From Octopus sinensis (Eukaryota): 64,000 nucleotides of DNA. Made by a program: the position numbers and the translations under genes. Location of the stretch: positions 6,553 through 70,552 of the forward strand of contig NW_021835459.1 in the NCBI RefSeq assembly GCF_006345805.1, given 5' to 3'. Each line of letters opens with the position of its first letter. The stretch's first letter is position 1. Shown here piece after piece: positions 26,124 to 40,817 of the stretch. The notes beneath the pieces were generated by a model that was given only the letters and a program-made list of their open reading frames with translations, was not told the origin of the DNA and did not search any database.

Positions 26124-27033
26124 CAGGTAGAAAATAATGTACCTTGTCCAGAGACACAAAGAAATGCCAGCTGTGGATTTGAACTTATGAGCTGTGAGTT
26201 GGTTATCTAAAAATTATGCACTTAACTATTTCACTCCAACCTAAGTTTATGTTCCTCTGAAAAGGAAAATGGAATGGTCCTTTGCCATGCCATGCCTGGA
26301 TGGATTATAATAGCAACTTTGTGTTTCTAGTTGTTAAGATCTCATCTTTTGTGTAATGAGGGCTACTAATAAGTTTGTATACAATATAATCAGAAGAGCT
26401 TATAAGAAGCAAGGGCTCAGCTGTTTCATCAGTTTGGGATCAGGAAAGCCAATGAGAGAGCTTCATCTAAAAATATTTAAAAAATTGTAATACCTCCTTG
26501 AATTATTAGTGGACCCAATCCTCCTGGGGTCATGAAAGCAGATTTGTTCCAATTTGCAAAAAATTTCCCTCACAAATCCGGACAATTAGTAGCCCTGTAG
26601 TGTATGATAGGTAAAGCTCTGAACATTTTCATCACCATATGTTTTTAGCAGCAGTGTAGCTAAGGTGAGAAAAAAGAGAGAGAGAGTGAGAGAGAGAGGC
26701 AGACAGACAGACAGAGTAAGAGAATTGTTGGAGTACCAAATTAACTGAAAATTAAGGAGTAATTTATAATGGCTTATGGTTAAGCAAATGTAAATGTGTC
26801 TTAAACCCCAAAGGACTTTTAGTAGGCACTGTTTAGCTCTGATTTTATGGAGTTAAGTGAATAAAAGATAAATCTTAATCTACTCTTAGTAACATCTCCA
26901 GATGTTACTAAGTCTATTGACTGAGTGAAATGAGTCATAGAGAATTAAGTGCATATACAAATGAATTTGTACTAAAATATATTTGCTGGCACAACAGTAA
27001 CTTGTTACTTAGTCATTTGGTGTTTTGGTTTAA

Positions 27034-27243
27034 TCTTTTAGCATTTCAACCAGTTATATCTAGCTACCTGTTTTATGTTCAAACTGGCCAAATCTGGCCT
27101 CTCACACCAATCCTACAATGTCATTCTAGAAATTAACAGTGACCTCATCAAAATCTAAAAGCTATGAGATAATGCATAATTAATTCAAAACAATGTGAAT
27201 AAATAAGCATTACTTTTGGTAGAATAATGTGAATGCTAAAGGG
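27034..27243. mobile_element. piggyBac-type MITE (TTAA-flanked); related copies at about 2530-2755 and 30075-30495
   Basis: ttaa-tcttttagcatt...aatgctaaaggg-ttaa; shared internal sequence with the other copies. Confidence 0.5.
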
Positions 27244-29624
27244 TTAAAGTACTGGTGTTAAACTGCTTGTGTTAGATAGTTTGGTGACCATGAAGTTGAA
27301 GAGTTCAGTAAATTGATTTGCCATGAGCAGTGAAAAAAAGATAATATTTTGAACACTTGAGCATCTTTAGAGAAAGAAAATATTGAGGTGTTATAGGATA
27401 CAAGATCACAAAATTATGGAGGGTATAATAAATGAAAGGAGTGGTGTGTGTGTGTGTATGTTGAAAGACAATAATAAGCCAGTGGGAAATATGAGTAGTG
27501 TGATACGTAGTGTGAGTACTGTATGAGTTGCATAGGGTGGAGGGAATAAAGCATGTGAGTTGGTAAGAGTTTGTTGTAAGATCCAGGTCAGTTGAAGTGA
27601 GAGGGAGATGTTGAAGGCCAGATCAGGTGAAATAGAAGATAAGTGAGAATGCAGAACAAAGAAATTGGAGATGTAGGCAGGCAGGCGGAGGGGAAGGAGA
27701 ATGGGCTGTCGAGAGTTCTGAGATCAGTAGGAATTGATTAAAGTTAAAGAATTAAGAAGATGTAGTAAATGTGAGTTTTGAAATGCTTTTTCTAAGCTGG
27801 CTGTGAATAGTCTTGGGAAATAGAATCTCTCTGTTATATGTTATTTTTGAGATGAAATTTCCTTGATTCCTTATATAATCTGATGAAAGATATAGTATAG
27901 TGGCAGATATGTCATAAAACATTGATCAATGATCCTGAACTTTGGTTTGTTAAGGCTTGATATAATATAGGAAGACCATAAACCAACAGAATGAATCTGA
28001 AAACAATAAAAACTTAATAACATTATCAAGTCCATGAAATCATTGAAGTGGGATAGGACTGGGCATGTCCAAAGGATGGATGGCTACAGGTAGAAAAAAG
28101 AAAAGAAGTTAAAGATTTTGCCTCCAATGCTGGACTTGGAAGTGGAAATCCTAGAGATAAAGAGATTTGCCATCACTTTCCTCTACATCTAAGCTCACCT
28201 AGTTCTTGACATCTGAGGCTATTGAGAGAAAAGCAACATATAATAAATGAAAAATTCAAAATTCATAAACTAAGATTCTAAGTAGAGTTTGTAGTCAGCT
28301 ACATTTCATTTTAAGTCTTTTCTTTTGTCTGTCATTGGAGTATTTCTGTGTCTCAGTGTGTATTGCTATGGCATCAATTCATGTAATGCCATTTCCATTG
28401 ATGCATAAGGTTAGCTCTGTGAGGGGGAACCCCCCCCCTGTTAATTAATAAAGAGCTTTACCTGCCCAAAATGTTATTATTCTCTTCTTCCAAGGAATGC
28501 AAACTTATCTAAATCCATAAACTTTACTAGATAGTTCTTCTGTCATGCAGAACATCCTTAATTTCCCTGGATTCTGTTTTCTCTAGTAGCCAGGTAATGT
28601 CACGAAAAGATAACCTGTCATATTGATGATAGCTGCTGACATTGGTAAATAACTATAATACTACTTATGTAATCTCTATATATAAATGGGTAGTGTTCTG
28701 TGTGTGTATATGTGTGTATGTGTGTATGTGTGTGTGTGTGTAGTTTGTCTACAGAATCTTCTAAATGAAATCATATACATTATTTTTCATCAACTAACAA
28801 GGGAATTTGTATGAGATTATTTTGAGAAATAGCAGCTAAATTTCTCTCAAGTCACACCCTACCAACTATCAAAAAAAAAAAAAAAGCAAATGGAGAAAGA
28901 CAGAAAATCAAAATGGTGTAGTATCATTAAAAACTGAGAGACATCAGTGAAAAATAAAAGAAATTTGAAAATAGATTCGTGTGACATCAAATTATCTTAT
29001 TTCTTCTTCTTTTAGAAGATCTCTTTACTTCTTTTTCTTTCCTTTTACCTTTTTTTTTGAGTAGTGGAATAGAGGGAGAGAGGGAGGGAGAGACAGAGAA
29101 ATTGAAACACAGTCATGAGGAGAAAGACATAAATAGAGAGAAAGGAAAGTACTGGTGATGATGCTAGCAAATTATTGGCAATAACAGTTTGTTGCAGAAT
29201 TCTTCTTGAGTGAACCCTCAAACTGGTTCTACTAGCTTGAATAATGCTGGATATATTAAAAAATGCAATATAGTTTCTGACTGAAGAAGAAAAAAATGTG
29301 ATAGCCTTACTTGAATCCTTTTAGCCATAGGTTTCCTCCATCAGGGCTTGTTTGGGTCAATACAATAAGAACCAGTTGAATACTGGGGTCAATATAACTG
29401 GATTACTCCTCTCCTAAAATTGCTGGCCCTGTGCCAAAATTTGAAGCCAATATTACTAATTTCTTGTTCTTGAACATTCTAAATTAAAATTTTGCACCAA
29501 AATTTCATGATAAGCTATGTTCCAAATGCCAGCTTAATAATGACAGTTATTTCACAAAATTCTTCATTATTTTCACAATTGAATGAAACAAAGTCTGTAT
29601 ATTTCAACATAAATATATTGAATG

Positions 29625-30021
29625 AGCAAAACGCACCCCCATCCAATCGACGGTGCTGAGTTGTCAAACATTTAAACCAAATTTTCTCAAAACAACTTGT
29701 CTGACCGTCCCATTTTGTAGCATTATTTCAAGCCAGCCAGCTTCTTTTGCTCAAACTGTTTGTGCATTTTTCTTGCATATGCATAGTATCAATTACAACA
29801 GCTGATGTACTTGTGTGTGCGCAAATGCACGTTCCCACGGTTTTATTAATTGCCTTCTCACCTGGAATCGATTTTTGTAATTTTTTCAAGACTAATACAC
29901 GCCCAGATACCGTCGGTATCTACATATCAAATTTGAGCGCAATCGGATGGAGGATGCCCGAGATCCTAGAAGACACACACACACACAGACAGACAGACAG
30001 AACGGATTTTATATAATAGAT
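29625..30021 (+). mobile_element. Helentron/HINE-like non-autonomous element
   Basis: 3' end caaatttgagcgcaatcgg...(AC)n(CAGA)n...ttttatataatagat has the layout typical of Helentron-associated interspersed elements. Confidence 0.5.
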
Positions 30022-30559
30022 TATCAACAAACAACTTGAACTGGAAACTTTATTTCCACTTAATGAGTTCCCTAACCTTTTAGCATTCACATTACTCTGT
30101 CATACAATGCTGATTTATTCACATTGTTCTGAACGAATTGTAGCTTCAAGATTTCAATAATATGATTGTTTACTTTCAGAATGACCATAGCAGAGTTTTC
30201 ATGAGAGGCCAAATCTGGTTGATTTAAACATAAAACAAGTAGAATATTAAGGCCAGATAAAGCTGGTTTAACTGGTACTGTCTTGACCTTTTAGTGTTCA
30301 GGTTATTCTATCAAACGTGATGTTTATTGATTCACATTGTGTTGAATTAATTATGCATTATCGCATATCTTTGTGATTTCAATGCTGTGATTGTTTAATG
30401 TTGAATAACATTGTAGAGTAAGTGTGAGAGTATGGATCTGATTATTTTGAACATGAAACAGATGGAATATTTTGGTTGGATATGACTGGTTTACACAGCC
30501 ATTAAAAATAAAAACAGTATCACATTAATTGTAGCCCCCTTTTGATATTGCTTGAAACC

Positions 30560-30962
30560 TTGGGTAATGACTGAAAGAATATGGTTGTAAATATGTTTAG
30601 CCACAATGATGTTCCTCCAAAGTGTCCTTGGAGTAACATTACTTAATAGAGTGTGTAGCTTGGAGACCAGAAAGGGACTCCAGGTAGAGCTGCTACTTCT
30701 CTGAATTGAGAGGTCACAGCTCTGATACTATGGACATATGGTAAGAATGTCCCAGGAAAGAATCATTGGACAGGTTTTATGGGCAACACCAACAAGCAAG
30801 AGACCTGGGATAAGACCATGAGTACGATGGTTGGATAACATCCATCAGCTCATTTGGTCTCATTTGGGGAGCCAACCAGGTCAATTAGAAATGGTTGCTT
30901 CTGGCAGGACTCAATGGAAGGCTTACTTGAGTACTCTGCCCTCATGACTTTCTCAGGAATAA
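30560..30962 (+). mobile_element. RTE LINE 3' end, decayed RT C-terminus
   Basis: Remnant FLQSVLGVTLLNRV, LLLxIERSQL, YGHMVRMSQERI, RWLDNIHQLIWSHLG, QWKAYLSTLP, typical of RTE/Expander C-termini. Confidence 0.8.
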
Positions 30963-31739
30963 GTGGACAAAGAAGATGAGATGAGATGAGATAAATTCAG
31001 TTCAATAATTGGTCCTGTGATTAAATAATAAATTAGTATTGTGTAAAATAACTATCATGTCATTAATGTTATTTTTTTAAGTATCATCTCATGATTTCAT
31101 AAACAGGATGAAGAATGAAGTTAAACAGCATGAAGAATGAAGTTAATGACCCATGATGGATCCTCCATGGGTTTTGATAATGAACATTTAATTGGGATGG
31201 GACAATTGGGTGTGACTGTCAGGACGATGGCAATTTAGTAAGACTAAGACTGGACATTCAGTCTATTTTGATGACAGTAGTTTGGCAGTGGAGGCAAATA
31301 TATGCACACACACACATACACACACTCATACATGCACACACGTGCATACATGCACGTACACACACATACACACATGTACATGTATGCACAGAAACATTTC
31401 ATGGTGTAAAATAAGCAAGACATAAATCTTCCCCTTCTTCACTTTGAGTAGGATCCTTTTAAACACAAGAAACATTCCCAAATAACATCTGGTTCCTAAT
31501 CCTGATGTATCAGCAATCATCTTTGGAGTAATGAATAATGTCTTGTAGGTATCTTGTTACATGGTTGCTTCATCTGCTAGCTGCGAGAAATATCCGCTAA
31601 ATTTCACTAAGATCAACTCCACAGCCTTAGAGAAATGGTTAAGTTACATACTATATAATATCACTCTAGATACCTTCCCACCCCACTCAAAAGATAAAAC
31701 AAATTGGATAGTCATTGGTGGAATGTTTTTGATCATATA

Positions 31740-31955
31740 TGAGGTACGTCCAAAAAGTACCTGACTATTTTTTCCTGATGTGTACCCTAGGTATACTCTA
31801 GGCATAACAGCTGGGAACTAATGTGACCTACTGGCACAAAAGTTTTCATGCATGCATAGGCAGGGTGGTGTCATCCCCCACGCAAATGATTTTGCCCACA
31901 TGGCATTAGTTTTGGTGGAGAAAAATAAAGACAGACACTTTTTGAACATACCTCT
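31740..31955. mobile_element. Mariner-type MITE
   Basis: Imperfect TIRs gaggtacgtccaaaaagt / actttttgaacatacctc. Confidence 0.6.
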
Positions 31956-32084
31956 TAGATCTGTTCTATCAGGATTAAACAACTACAACACTATAAAAAT
32001 GTTGCTATCATTTTTTGAACCTAAAAACTAGCCATTGTTAAGTCCAATTCCTAATCCATGCTGTCAGTATTTAATCTATTCAGG

Positions 32085-32690
32085 GCAATGAGCTGGTAGA
32101 ATCATTAGGATGCCGGGCAAAATGCTTAGTGCATATCACCTCTCCTTATGTTTCTGAGTTCAAATTGCACTGAGGTTGACTTTGCCTTTCATCCTTCTAG
32201 GGTCGATAAAATAAGTACCAGTTGAATGCTGGGGTTGATATAATAAAGTCCTATTGTTAATGCCATCTCAACCTACTACACTACTTAGATTTTGGTATAC
32301 CCCAGTTAACTGATGATCCCTTCACTATAAATTTCTGTCGCATAATACATAATTTGTACCTACATGCCACACACACATGCATATGCAGATGATGTGTTGG
32401 AGCAGCTATAGTCTATTGAACTGAATATAGTGAATGTTTTTAATATTTCATATTATTACTGCTTCGTATAAGGTGTTGAGCCAGTAGAATCAGTAGCACA
32501 CCAGGCGAAATTCTTATCAGTATTTCATCAGTCACTATGTTCTGAGTTCAAATTCCACCGAGGCTGACTTTGCCTTTCATCATTTTGGAGTCGATAAATT
32601 AAGTACTAGTGAAACACTAGAGTCAAGGTAATTGATTAGTCCCTCTCCTCCAAATTTCGGATCTTGTGCCTTCAGTAGAAAGGATTATTA
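32085..32690 (+). mobile_element. Two decayed family C SINE copies (about 32085-32250 and 32472-32690)
   Basis: Both contain ttctgagttcaaatt...tttgcctttcatc...gtcgataaa. Confidence 0.7.
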
Positions 32691-34057
32691 CAGCTTAGCA
32701 TGTTACCATCTGAGTCACCCTTACAGATCTGATAATAATATCATAATAAATTGTATTATAATACTAATAATGGTTTCAAAGTTTGACACATGGTCAGTAA
32801 TTTTTGGGAGTGGGGGCTTGCTGCATTTTAAAATTTATCTTTTACTTGTTTCAGTCATGCTGGGGCACCACTTTTAAAGGTTTAATTGAACAAATCAACT
32901 TCGTATGTATATTTTTAAGCCTTATACTAATTCTATCTGTCTCTTTTGCTGAAATGTTAAGTTACAAGGATGCAAAGAAGCCAACATCTGTTGTCAAGTG
33001 ATGGTGGAGGAACAAACATAAAGACAAACACCTACGCACTGATACATACATACATACATACATACATACATACATACATACATACATACATACATACATA
33101 CACACATACATACATACATACATATTATATAGGTAGTTAGGGTGAATCTCAGCTGTTTCCTCTTGAAGTACATTCCATCATTACAATCAACATGTAGCCA
33201 TAGTTGCTGCTGTATGTTAATTAAAATACATATTAAAATTGAGAATTAGAGAAATATTAATTGTAGATTTATTGTATTAAAAAAACAGGAAAGTGGAAAT
33301 TTTTTGATACTATTTATTACCCCATTACATTTGTTTTATTTGCTAATAGGAATTACAAAGATTTATTTATTAGATAGATGTGTAAAGAATTTCCTATTAG
33401 AAATTCGTCAGGCAGAGGAACATTTTTTTATAATACAAAAATTACATTTGGATGAAGTGTTTATATTTGTATATTAATCCGGAGCATCACTAGCAGCCCT
33501 AGTGAAGAAAAGGGATAAAATATACACATACATGCTCAGGCATACACACACATACATGCACATAGATATACTAGTACATATGCCCATATCCACAAGCACA
33601 CATGCACACACATCCATACATAAAAGCTTACACATCCACAGAAATACACACATAAATGCATACATTTATATGCATACATTTATATACATACACATACAGG
33701 TCTGGCAATGAAAGGACTTTGACAAACCTTATTGATTGATTGACCAAATGATTAACCAAACGTTTGATTAGTTAACTGGTTAAATAGTTAACCAATTCAT
33801 CATTATTATCATCATCATCATCTTCGTCATCATCATTTAAAGTCTGTTTTCCATGCAAGCATAGTTTGAACAGTATGACTAGAGCTGGCAAGCTGGAGAG
33901 CTGCACCAGGTTTCAGTCTGATTTGGCTTGATTTCTACAGCTGAATGCCCTTCCTAATGCCAACCACTTTAAAGAGTGTGCTAGATGCTTCTTATGTGGC
34001 TCAGCATGGATGCTCTTTACTTTGACAGGCATAGGTGCTTTTAACATGAACCAATAT

Positions 34058-34812
34058 CATCATCATCATCAACATCGTTTAACATCTGTTTTCCATGCTA
34101 GCATGGATTGGATGGTTCGACCAGGTCTGGGAAGCCAGGCTCCAGTCTGATCTGGCAGTGTTTCTACAGCTGGATGCCCTTCCTAACACCAACCACTCTG
34201 TGAGTGTAGTGGGTGCTTTTTACGTGCCACCGACACTGGTGCCAGGGGAGGCTGGCAACGGCCACGATCGGTTGGTGCTTTTTACATGCCACCTGCATGG
34301 CAGCCAGTCAAGGTGGCGCTGGCATTAGCCATGTTCGAATGGTGCTTTTTACGTGCCACCGGCACAGGTATCCAACTACAATTTCCATTTGATTTTTATT
34401 TGATATTGATGTACTTGACTCAATAGGTCTCCTCAAGTACAGCAGCTTGTCCTACAATCCAAGGTAAGCACAGCAGGCCGTTCTGTGATCCAAGGTACTT
34501 AGGATGAGCTGGTGAAGCTGGTGCAGGAAACAGCTATGAACTCACGTTATTTGTTGAGTCTTCACAGTCACAGCATATCTCCAGAGATCTTGCTCTTTTG
34601 TCATTGCCTCTGTGAGGCCCAACGTTCAAAGGTCATGCTTGACCACCTCATCCCATGTCTTCCTGAGTCTACCTCTACCCCAGATTCCTTCAACTGTTTG
34701 GGAGTGGCACTTCTTCACACATCTCTCCTCATCCATCCATTGTACATGACCATACCAGTGCAAACATCTCTCTTGCATGCCACATCCAATGCTTCTTATG
34801 TCCAGCATTTTT
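34058..34812 (-). mobile_element. Long family B element continuing into RTE RT coding remnant
   Basis: Family B body plus LHWYGHVQWMDEERCVKKC...GRGRLRKTWDEVVKHDL (RTE C-terminus). A second shorter copy lies at about 33800-34050. Confidence 0.8.
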
Positions 34813-35576
34813 CTCAGGTAATAAAAATAAAGAAGTGAAATAGAAGCAGTGCATGTGTTCATTATTGGCATAATGATCCTCCTGAGTCACAACAGAAATT
34901 GCTCATAATGTATCCATCTTTGTACACTGAAATTTGAGGGAGATTTGACTGATATTTCAAGCAAGTCGAATGACCATGTAGATTCTACGCTGCATTGGCT
35001 CCTCTATAGTAATGTCGAGGAATGAGGGAACTGTTAATCCTTCATGGCACCCCAACCAACACTTACTACCACCACCATCGCTGCTGCCGCCGCTACCACC
35101 GCCACCACCACCACCACCACTACCACTACCACCACTAACAACAACAACCAAATAACTATAGTGTTCCTAATACTTATAGTGTAATATGGAAAAGTAAAAT
35201 ACCTATATTAATACTAATCCTACATATAACGTTAACAGCTGGACCATAATTAATAAAAGAGAAAGAAATAAAAAAACAAAACAAAACAAAACAAAAGAGC
35301 TAACCCTTGCTTCTACACATTGAAAACCCCTAGAGTAATCTGAAATGAACAACAAACTTGAACAAGGATGATGATAAAAGAAACCACTACTGTACACATA
35401 TGTATGAGCACATGCACATACGTATGAATCACAATGGAAACATTAAGTAGATTAGAAGAAAAAGATTAGTTTTAATGAAATCCTCAGAAAGAAATGAAGA
35501 AAGAAAATAAGAAAGATTATACAAAAGTATCAGATACAAAAGAGGATCAAGGGAATAATATATATAATATATATAT

Positions 35577-35607
<31 letters not shown>

Positions 35608-35608
35608 T

Positions 35609-35667
<59 letters not shown>

Positions 35668-35723
35668 ATATATATATATACATACATACATACATACATG
35701 CATGCATACATACATATATATAT

Positions 35724-35772
<49 letters not shown>

Positions 35773-35812
35773 TATATATAGATGTGTGTGTGTGTGTCTG
35801 TATGTGTGTGTA

Positions 35813-35844
<32 letters not shown>

Positions 35845-36070
35845 TTCTTTTATTCTTTTACTTGTTTTAGTCATTTGACTGCAGCCATGCTGGCGCACTG
35901 CCTTGAAGAATCTTAGTCAAACAAATCAATCCCAGGACTACTTTTTTGAAGTCTAGTACTTGTTCTGTCGGTTCTCTTTTGCTGAACTGCTACGTTACAG
36001 GGATGTAAACACACCAACACCAATTGTCAAGCAGCAATGGGGGTACAAACAGAGACACAAAGACATACAC
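35845..36070 (-). mobile_element. Family A SINE, 3' half
   Basis: ttttacttgttttagtcatttgactgcagccatgctgg... Confidence 0.8.
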
Positions 36071-36240
36071 ACATAAATATATACATATAGGAGTAGATAG
36101 AAAGCTGGCGACTGATGAAGGGTCGTTTGTTTGTTTTTACTTGTCCTGTTTTGCATTTTTATCTCTTGTCGTTTGAATATTTAACTAATTCGTTTACGTA
36201 TTTCATGTTTGCACAGTTGGTGATGTCCTCTACCCATATA

Positions 36241-36287
<47 letters not shown>

Positions 36288-37444
36288 TATTATTATTTAA
36301 TTGAACACCATGCATCCATTTCCATGTAAGTTTATATATATATATGTATATAGGACAAGCTTATTTCAGTTTCCATCTACCAAATCCACTCAAGACTTTG
36401 GTCAGCCCAAGGCTATAGCAGAAGACACTTACCCAAGGTACCATGCAGTAGTACTGAACCCAAAACCAACCATATGGTTGGGAAGCAAGTTTCTTATATG
36501 TGTGTGTGTGTGTACTTTTTTTTCTTGCACCCCAGGTCTCATAAAACCAATTAGTCTCCATGACATATAAGTGACTAAAATCATAACATTCTCCCTCAAC
36601 AAGATGCTGGCCTGCTGCAGGGTTGAAGGTCAGCATTTTTTGAGTTGGATGGAATAATTCAAATACTTACTCCATCCAAAAGGATGACAGGCAAAAACTG
36701 ACATTGGTAGAATTTGAACTCAGAATGTAAAGAGCTGGAAGAAATGCTGCTAAGCATTTTGATTGATGCACTAATGTGCTTGTATTACTAAAAATTTTGG
36801 ATCTGGAATTAAGTAGTGTCAAGGAATTGTTGGACCTAAAAAGACTGTGAGATCTTCCAGCTATGCATAACTTGCATCAAGAATCCACCACACAACTTGA
36901 TTCTAGACCTGAAGTTTTTAACAAATGCAAGCACACAAATAAATTTCTTCTGTTCAAATGGAGAACACCACTCTCTCCAGATTCAGTAACTAACTCACAG
37001 ACTTTGGCCGCCTTCCTGTTATATTATTTTAGACCAGCTAGGTTAATTATGATTTCTATTGAGAAAAAGGACAAAGAACTTGTTTTTTTTTAACTTTTCT
37101 TTTCTTTATTTCTCATTCTACTATTTGCATCAACCTTCTTCACATTTTTTTCTTCTCATTTTTTTATCATGTTTCTCGTAGATCAGCATCCTGGTTTTTA
37201 AATATATTTAACAATATGCAGTGAGCTTGGAGCTAATACATAGCATGTTATATAAATCTGTCAATTTATTGTACCTCTAAAGTATGAAACTATTAACAGC
37301 TCTTTTGTAAATTGTGTATATTAAATGGTATTTATCTCTCACTAGATGAAATACTTTTTTTACTGATCCTGCCATGATAGATCGTTAGCCACTACAGACA
37401 TTTTTTCCTCTCCTTTTTTTACTCTCCTTGTTTTTTCTGTGTCC

Positions 37445-37480
37445 CTTTCTGTATAAGAGCATAGGCTCGAAATGTAAAAG
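37445..37480 (+). ncRNA. Strongly decayed hammerhead-like motif (family of 42443)
   Basis: CTTT-CTGTATA-A-GAGC atag GCTC-GAAAT-GTA-AAAG. Confidence 0.3.
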
Positions 37481-37590
37481 ACTTTTTCTATTCCTGAGCG
37501 TTATACTAATACATCTGTTTGTTTTGTACACCACCTGTCTTCGTCTTTTGTTTTTTTTCGTAAAATCTCCCTATATATACATATATTTAT

Positions 37591-37621
<31 letters not shown>

Positions 37622-38532
37622 TATATATGGCGGTGCCCCAATGGCAGTGCCCCAGCATGGCCACAGCTCATGAGCTGAAACTAGAATCAATCAATCATAT
37701 ATGAGACAACCTTGCTAGTGTTATTTGCATGTAAAAAAAAAGCACCTAGTTCCCTCTGTTAAGTGGTTGACATTAAGGATGGCATCCAGCTGTAGAAGCT
37801 ATGCCAAGCAAACACTTAAGCATGATACAGTCCTTGAAGTCATAGGATCCTGTCAAACCATCAGCCCTTGGCAATATGGAACACAGATGTTAAATGATGA
37901 TGGTGACAATGATGATGAGGGGAGGGCTTGTTGGGTATATGTGTGTCTGTGTGTTCATTTATATTTGCACTCCTCTGAGAATATAGAGCAATAAGTGAAT
38001 TAAGAGGGTAGTTAGAGAAGAGAGTGGAATGCTGGATAGAAAAGGAGCATTTCTTAAAGAGGGATATAAAAATAAATGATAAAACAGGATGTGTAACTAG
38101 TGAAAAGTTGTTTGCTTTTGGTCTTTATTCTTGTCACTCACCGATTATCTTACCACTTGCCCAATACATATCCTGGTACAATTATTTGTAGGATGTGGAG
38201 TACTACTTCAAAACAATGACTGCATTGTTTCATAACAAGGATAGAAAATGATGTTAACTTACTGTTACAATTATTGAATGGGCTTAGTATTTGTGACGAA
38301 ACTACTATCTTTGATGGGCATGCAGTACTAACCCAGCACATCTAAAATATATACATATACCCTACAACACTGATACTCAAGTTTGGCAGGGGAAATCAAC
38401 ACTAAGAGGCATTCCCTTAACTCTGCCAACACTGTTCTTTTTTTGGTTTATCTAATATCCAACTTGAAGGGATTATACACAGCTTAATGAGAAATTTACT
38501 GTAGTGTATTTATATATATATATATATATATA

Positions 38533-38940
38533 TCATCATCATCATCATCATCATCATCATTTCACGTCCGCTTTCCATGCTAGCATGGGTTGGACGGTTC
38601 AACTGGGGTCTGGGGAGCCCGAAAGCTGCACCAGTCCAGTCAGATCTGGCAGTGTTTCTACAGCTGGATGCCCTTCCTAACGCCAACCACTCCGAGAGTG
38701 TAGTGGGTGATTTTATGTGCCACCGACACAGGTGCCAGACGAGGCTGGCAGACGGCCACGCTCGGATGGTGTTTTTATGTGCCACCGACACAGGTGCCAG
38801 ATGAGGCTGGCAAATGGCCACGATCGGATGGTGTTTGTTACGTGCCCACAGCACGGAGGCCAGTCGATGCGGTACTGGCTACGGCCACGTTCGGATGGTT
38901 TTCTTGTGTGCCACATGCCACCGGCACTGGTACCACAAAG
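38533..38940 (-). mobile_element. Young family B element; near-identical sibling of 60400-61015
   Basis: Shares diagnostic stretches ggggagcccgaaagctgcaccagtccagtcagatct and gtgggtgattttatgtgcc with the 60.4-61.0 kb copy in opposite orientation. Confidence 0.9.
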
Positions 38941-38953
38941 ATATATATATATA

Positions 38954-39369
38954 CTCTTTTACTCTTTTACTTGCTTCAGTCATTTGATTGTGGCCATGCT
39001 GGAGCACCGCCTTTAGTCGAGCAAATTGACCTCAGGACTTATTCTTTGTAAGCCTAGTACTTATTCTACCAGTATCTTTTGCCGAACTGCTATGTTACTG
39101 GGACATAAACACACCAGCATCGGTTGTCAAGCAATGTCGCGGGGGGTGGGGACAAACACAGAGACACAAACACACACACATGTATATATATACATACACA
39201 TACATACAACGGGCTTCTTTCAGTTTCCATCTACCAAATCCACTCACAAGGCTTTGGTTGGCCTGAGGCTATAGTAGAAGACACTTGCCCAAAGTGCCAT
39301 GCAATTTGAACTGAACCAGAACCATGTGGTTGGTAAGCAAGCTACTTACCACAAAGCCACTCCTGTGCC
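38954..39369 (-). mobile_element. Family A SINE, full length
   Basis: Reverse complement of the 16246-type element. Confidence 0.9.
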
Positions 39370-39395
39370 TATATATATATTTTATGTTTATAGAC

Positions 39396-39439
<44 letters not shown>

Positions 39440-39441
<2 letters not shown>

Positions 39442-40045
39442 GGAGATAAATAAAAATATATGCATACATACAAACATATATGTACGTACCTACATCTACA
39501 TGTATATATACATGCATATATAAATAATTATACGGAAGTACAGGACATCACAATAAGACGTAGAAACAGAAAAAGCCAAAAAACAAAAAACAAGAAAACG
39601 GAAAACGAAAACCAAATACAGGACAGGTTACACAAGGACAAAACCCCCGTCATCAGCTGTCGCTAGAGGAGTCAGGCATGTTTCGAAGGCATAACAGAAC
39701 ACTAATCCAATAGGCTTCCTGCGAGAGAATTAAAATAAAATTTCAAGCAGCGGGGCACAATGAGTACAACACAAACAAGACGTAACAATAAGACTGCAAA
39801 ATTAAAATACATGTACAAAAACAAACACAAGAGGACGAACGAAAAAGCCTTTTTTCTGGCATAGACAAACAATAAAACTGCAAAAATAAAAATACATGTA
39901 CAAAAAGTACAATTAGTTACAAAACGAGAAAATAACAAGAATACTATACAGGAAATTAACCACACAAGGGGACGAACGAAGAAGCCTTTTTGCTGGCAAG
40001 GACGAAAGTGTAGTAGCAGCGCGTGGAGGCAGTCTTTTCAATATA
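39440..40045 (-). mobile_element. Repeat related to 45200-45500 and 63160-63510, possibly Penelope-like derived, with internal duplications
   Basis: Reverse complement shares cgaaac...ctgatga..gggg...gtcctgtac...gcatgtatata...gatgtaggta with those copies. Confidence 0.5.
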
Positions 40046-40058
40046 TATATATATACAC

Positions 40059-40110
<52 letters not shown>

Positions 40111-40315
40111 TGGGTACAGAGAGAGAGATATGTATATATATATAAATATATGGATATGTAAATATATATGTGTATACACACACACACACACACACACACT
40201 CACATGCACAAACACATACACATACACATATATGTATAAAAGGTGGAGGTGGAAATAGCACAGAAGTGAATCTAAGATATTTCAGTTTATTCAATTTCAA
40301 TACATACTATATGTA

Positions 40316-40700
40316 AGGCGGCGAGCTGGCAGAAACAGCACGTTGGGTGAAATGCTTAGAAGTATTTCGTCTGTCTTTACGTTCTGAGTTCAAATTCCAC
40401 TGAGGCCGACTCTGCCTTTCATCTTTTCGAGGTTGACAAATTAAGTACCAGTTACGCACTGGAGTCGATGTAATCGACTTAATCCCTTTGTCTGTCCTTG
40501 TTTGTCCTCTCTGTGTTTAGCCCATTGTGGGTAGTAAAGAAATAGGTATTTCATCTGTCTTTATGTTCTGAGTTCAAACTCCGCCGAGGCTGACTCTGCC
40601 TTTCATCTTTTTTGGGTTGATAAATTAAGCACCAGTTGTGTACTGGAACCAATCTAATCGACTTTCGCCCTTCTCCAAAATTTTGGCCCTTGTGCCTAGA
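40316..40700 (+). mobile_element. Family C SINE followed by a tandem partial second copy
   Basis: Full copy at 40316-40545; the body repeats from gtatttcatctgtc at about 40546. Confidence 0.85.
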
Positions 40701-40776
40701 GAAGAAAAGAATACATACTGTATGTATGTATGCATGCATGCATGCATGTATGTATGTATGTATGTATGTATGTATG

Positions 40777-40817
<41 letters not shown>

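Noticed and set aside
28495-28593. Segment with a strong acceptor and donor
   Set aside because: Stops in all three frames; could only be non-coding or use an inner acceptor, and there is no support for either.
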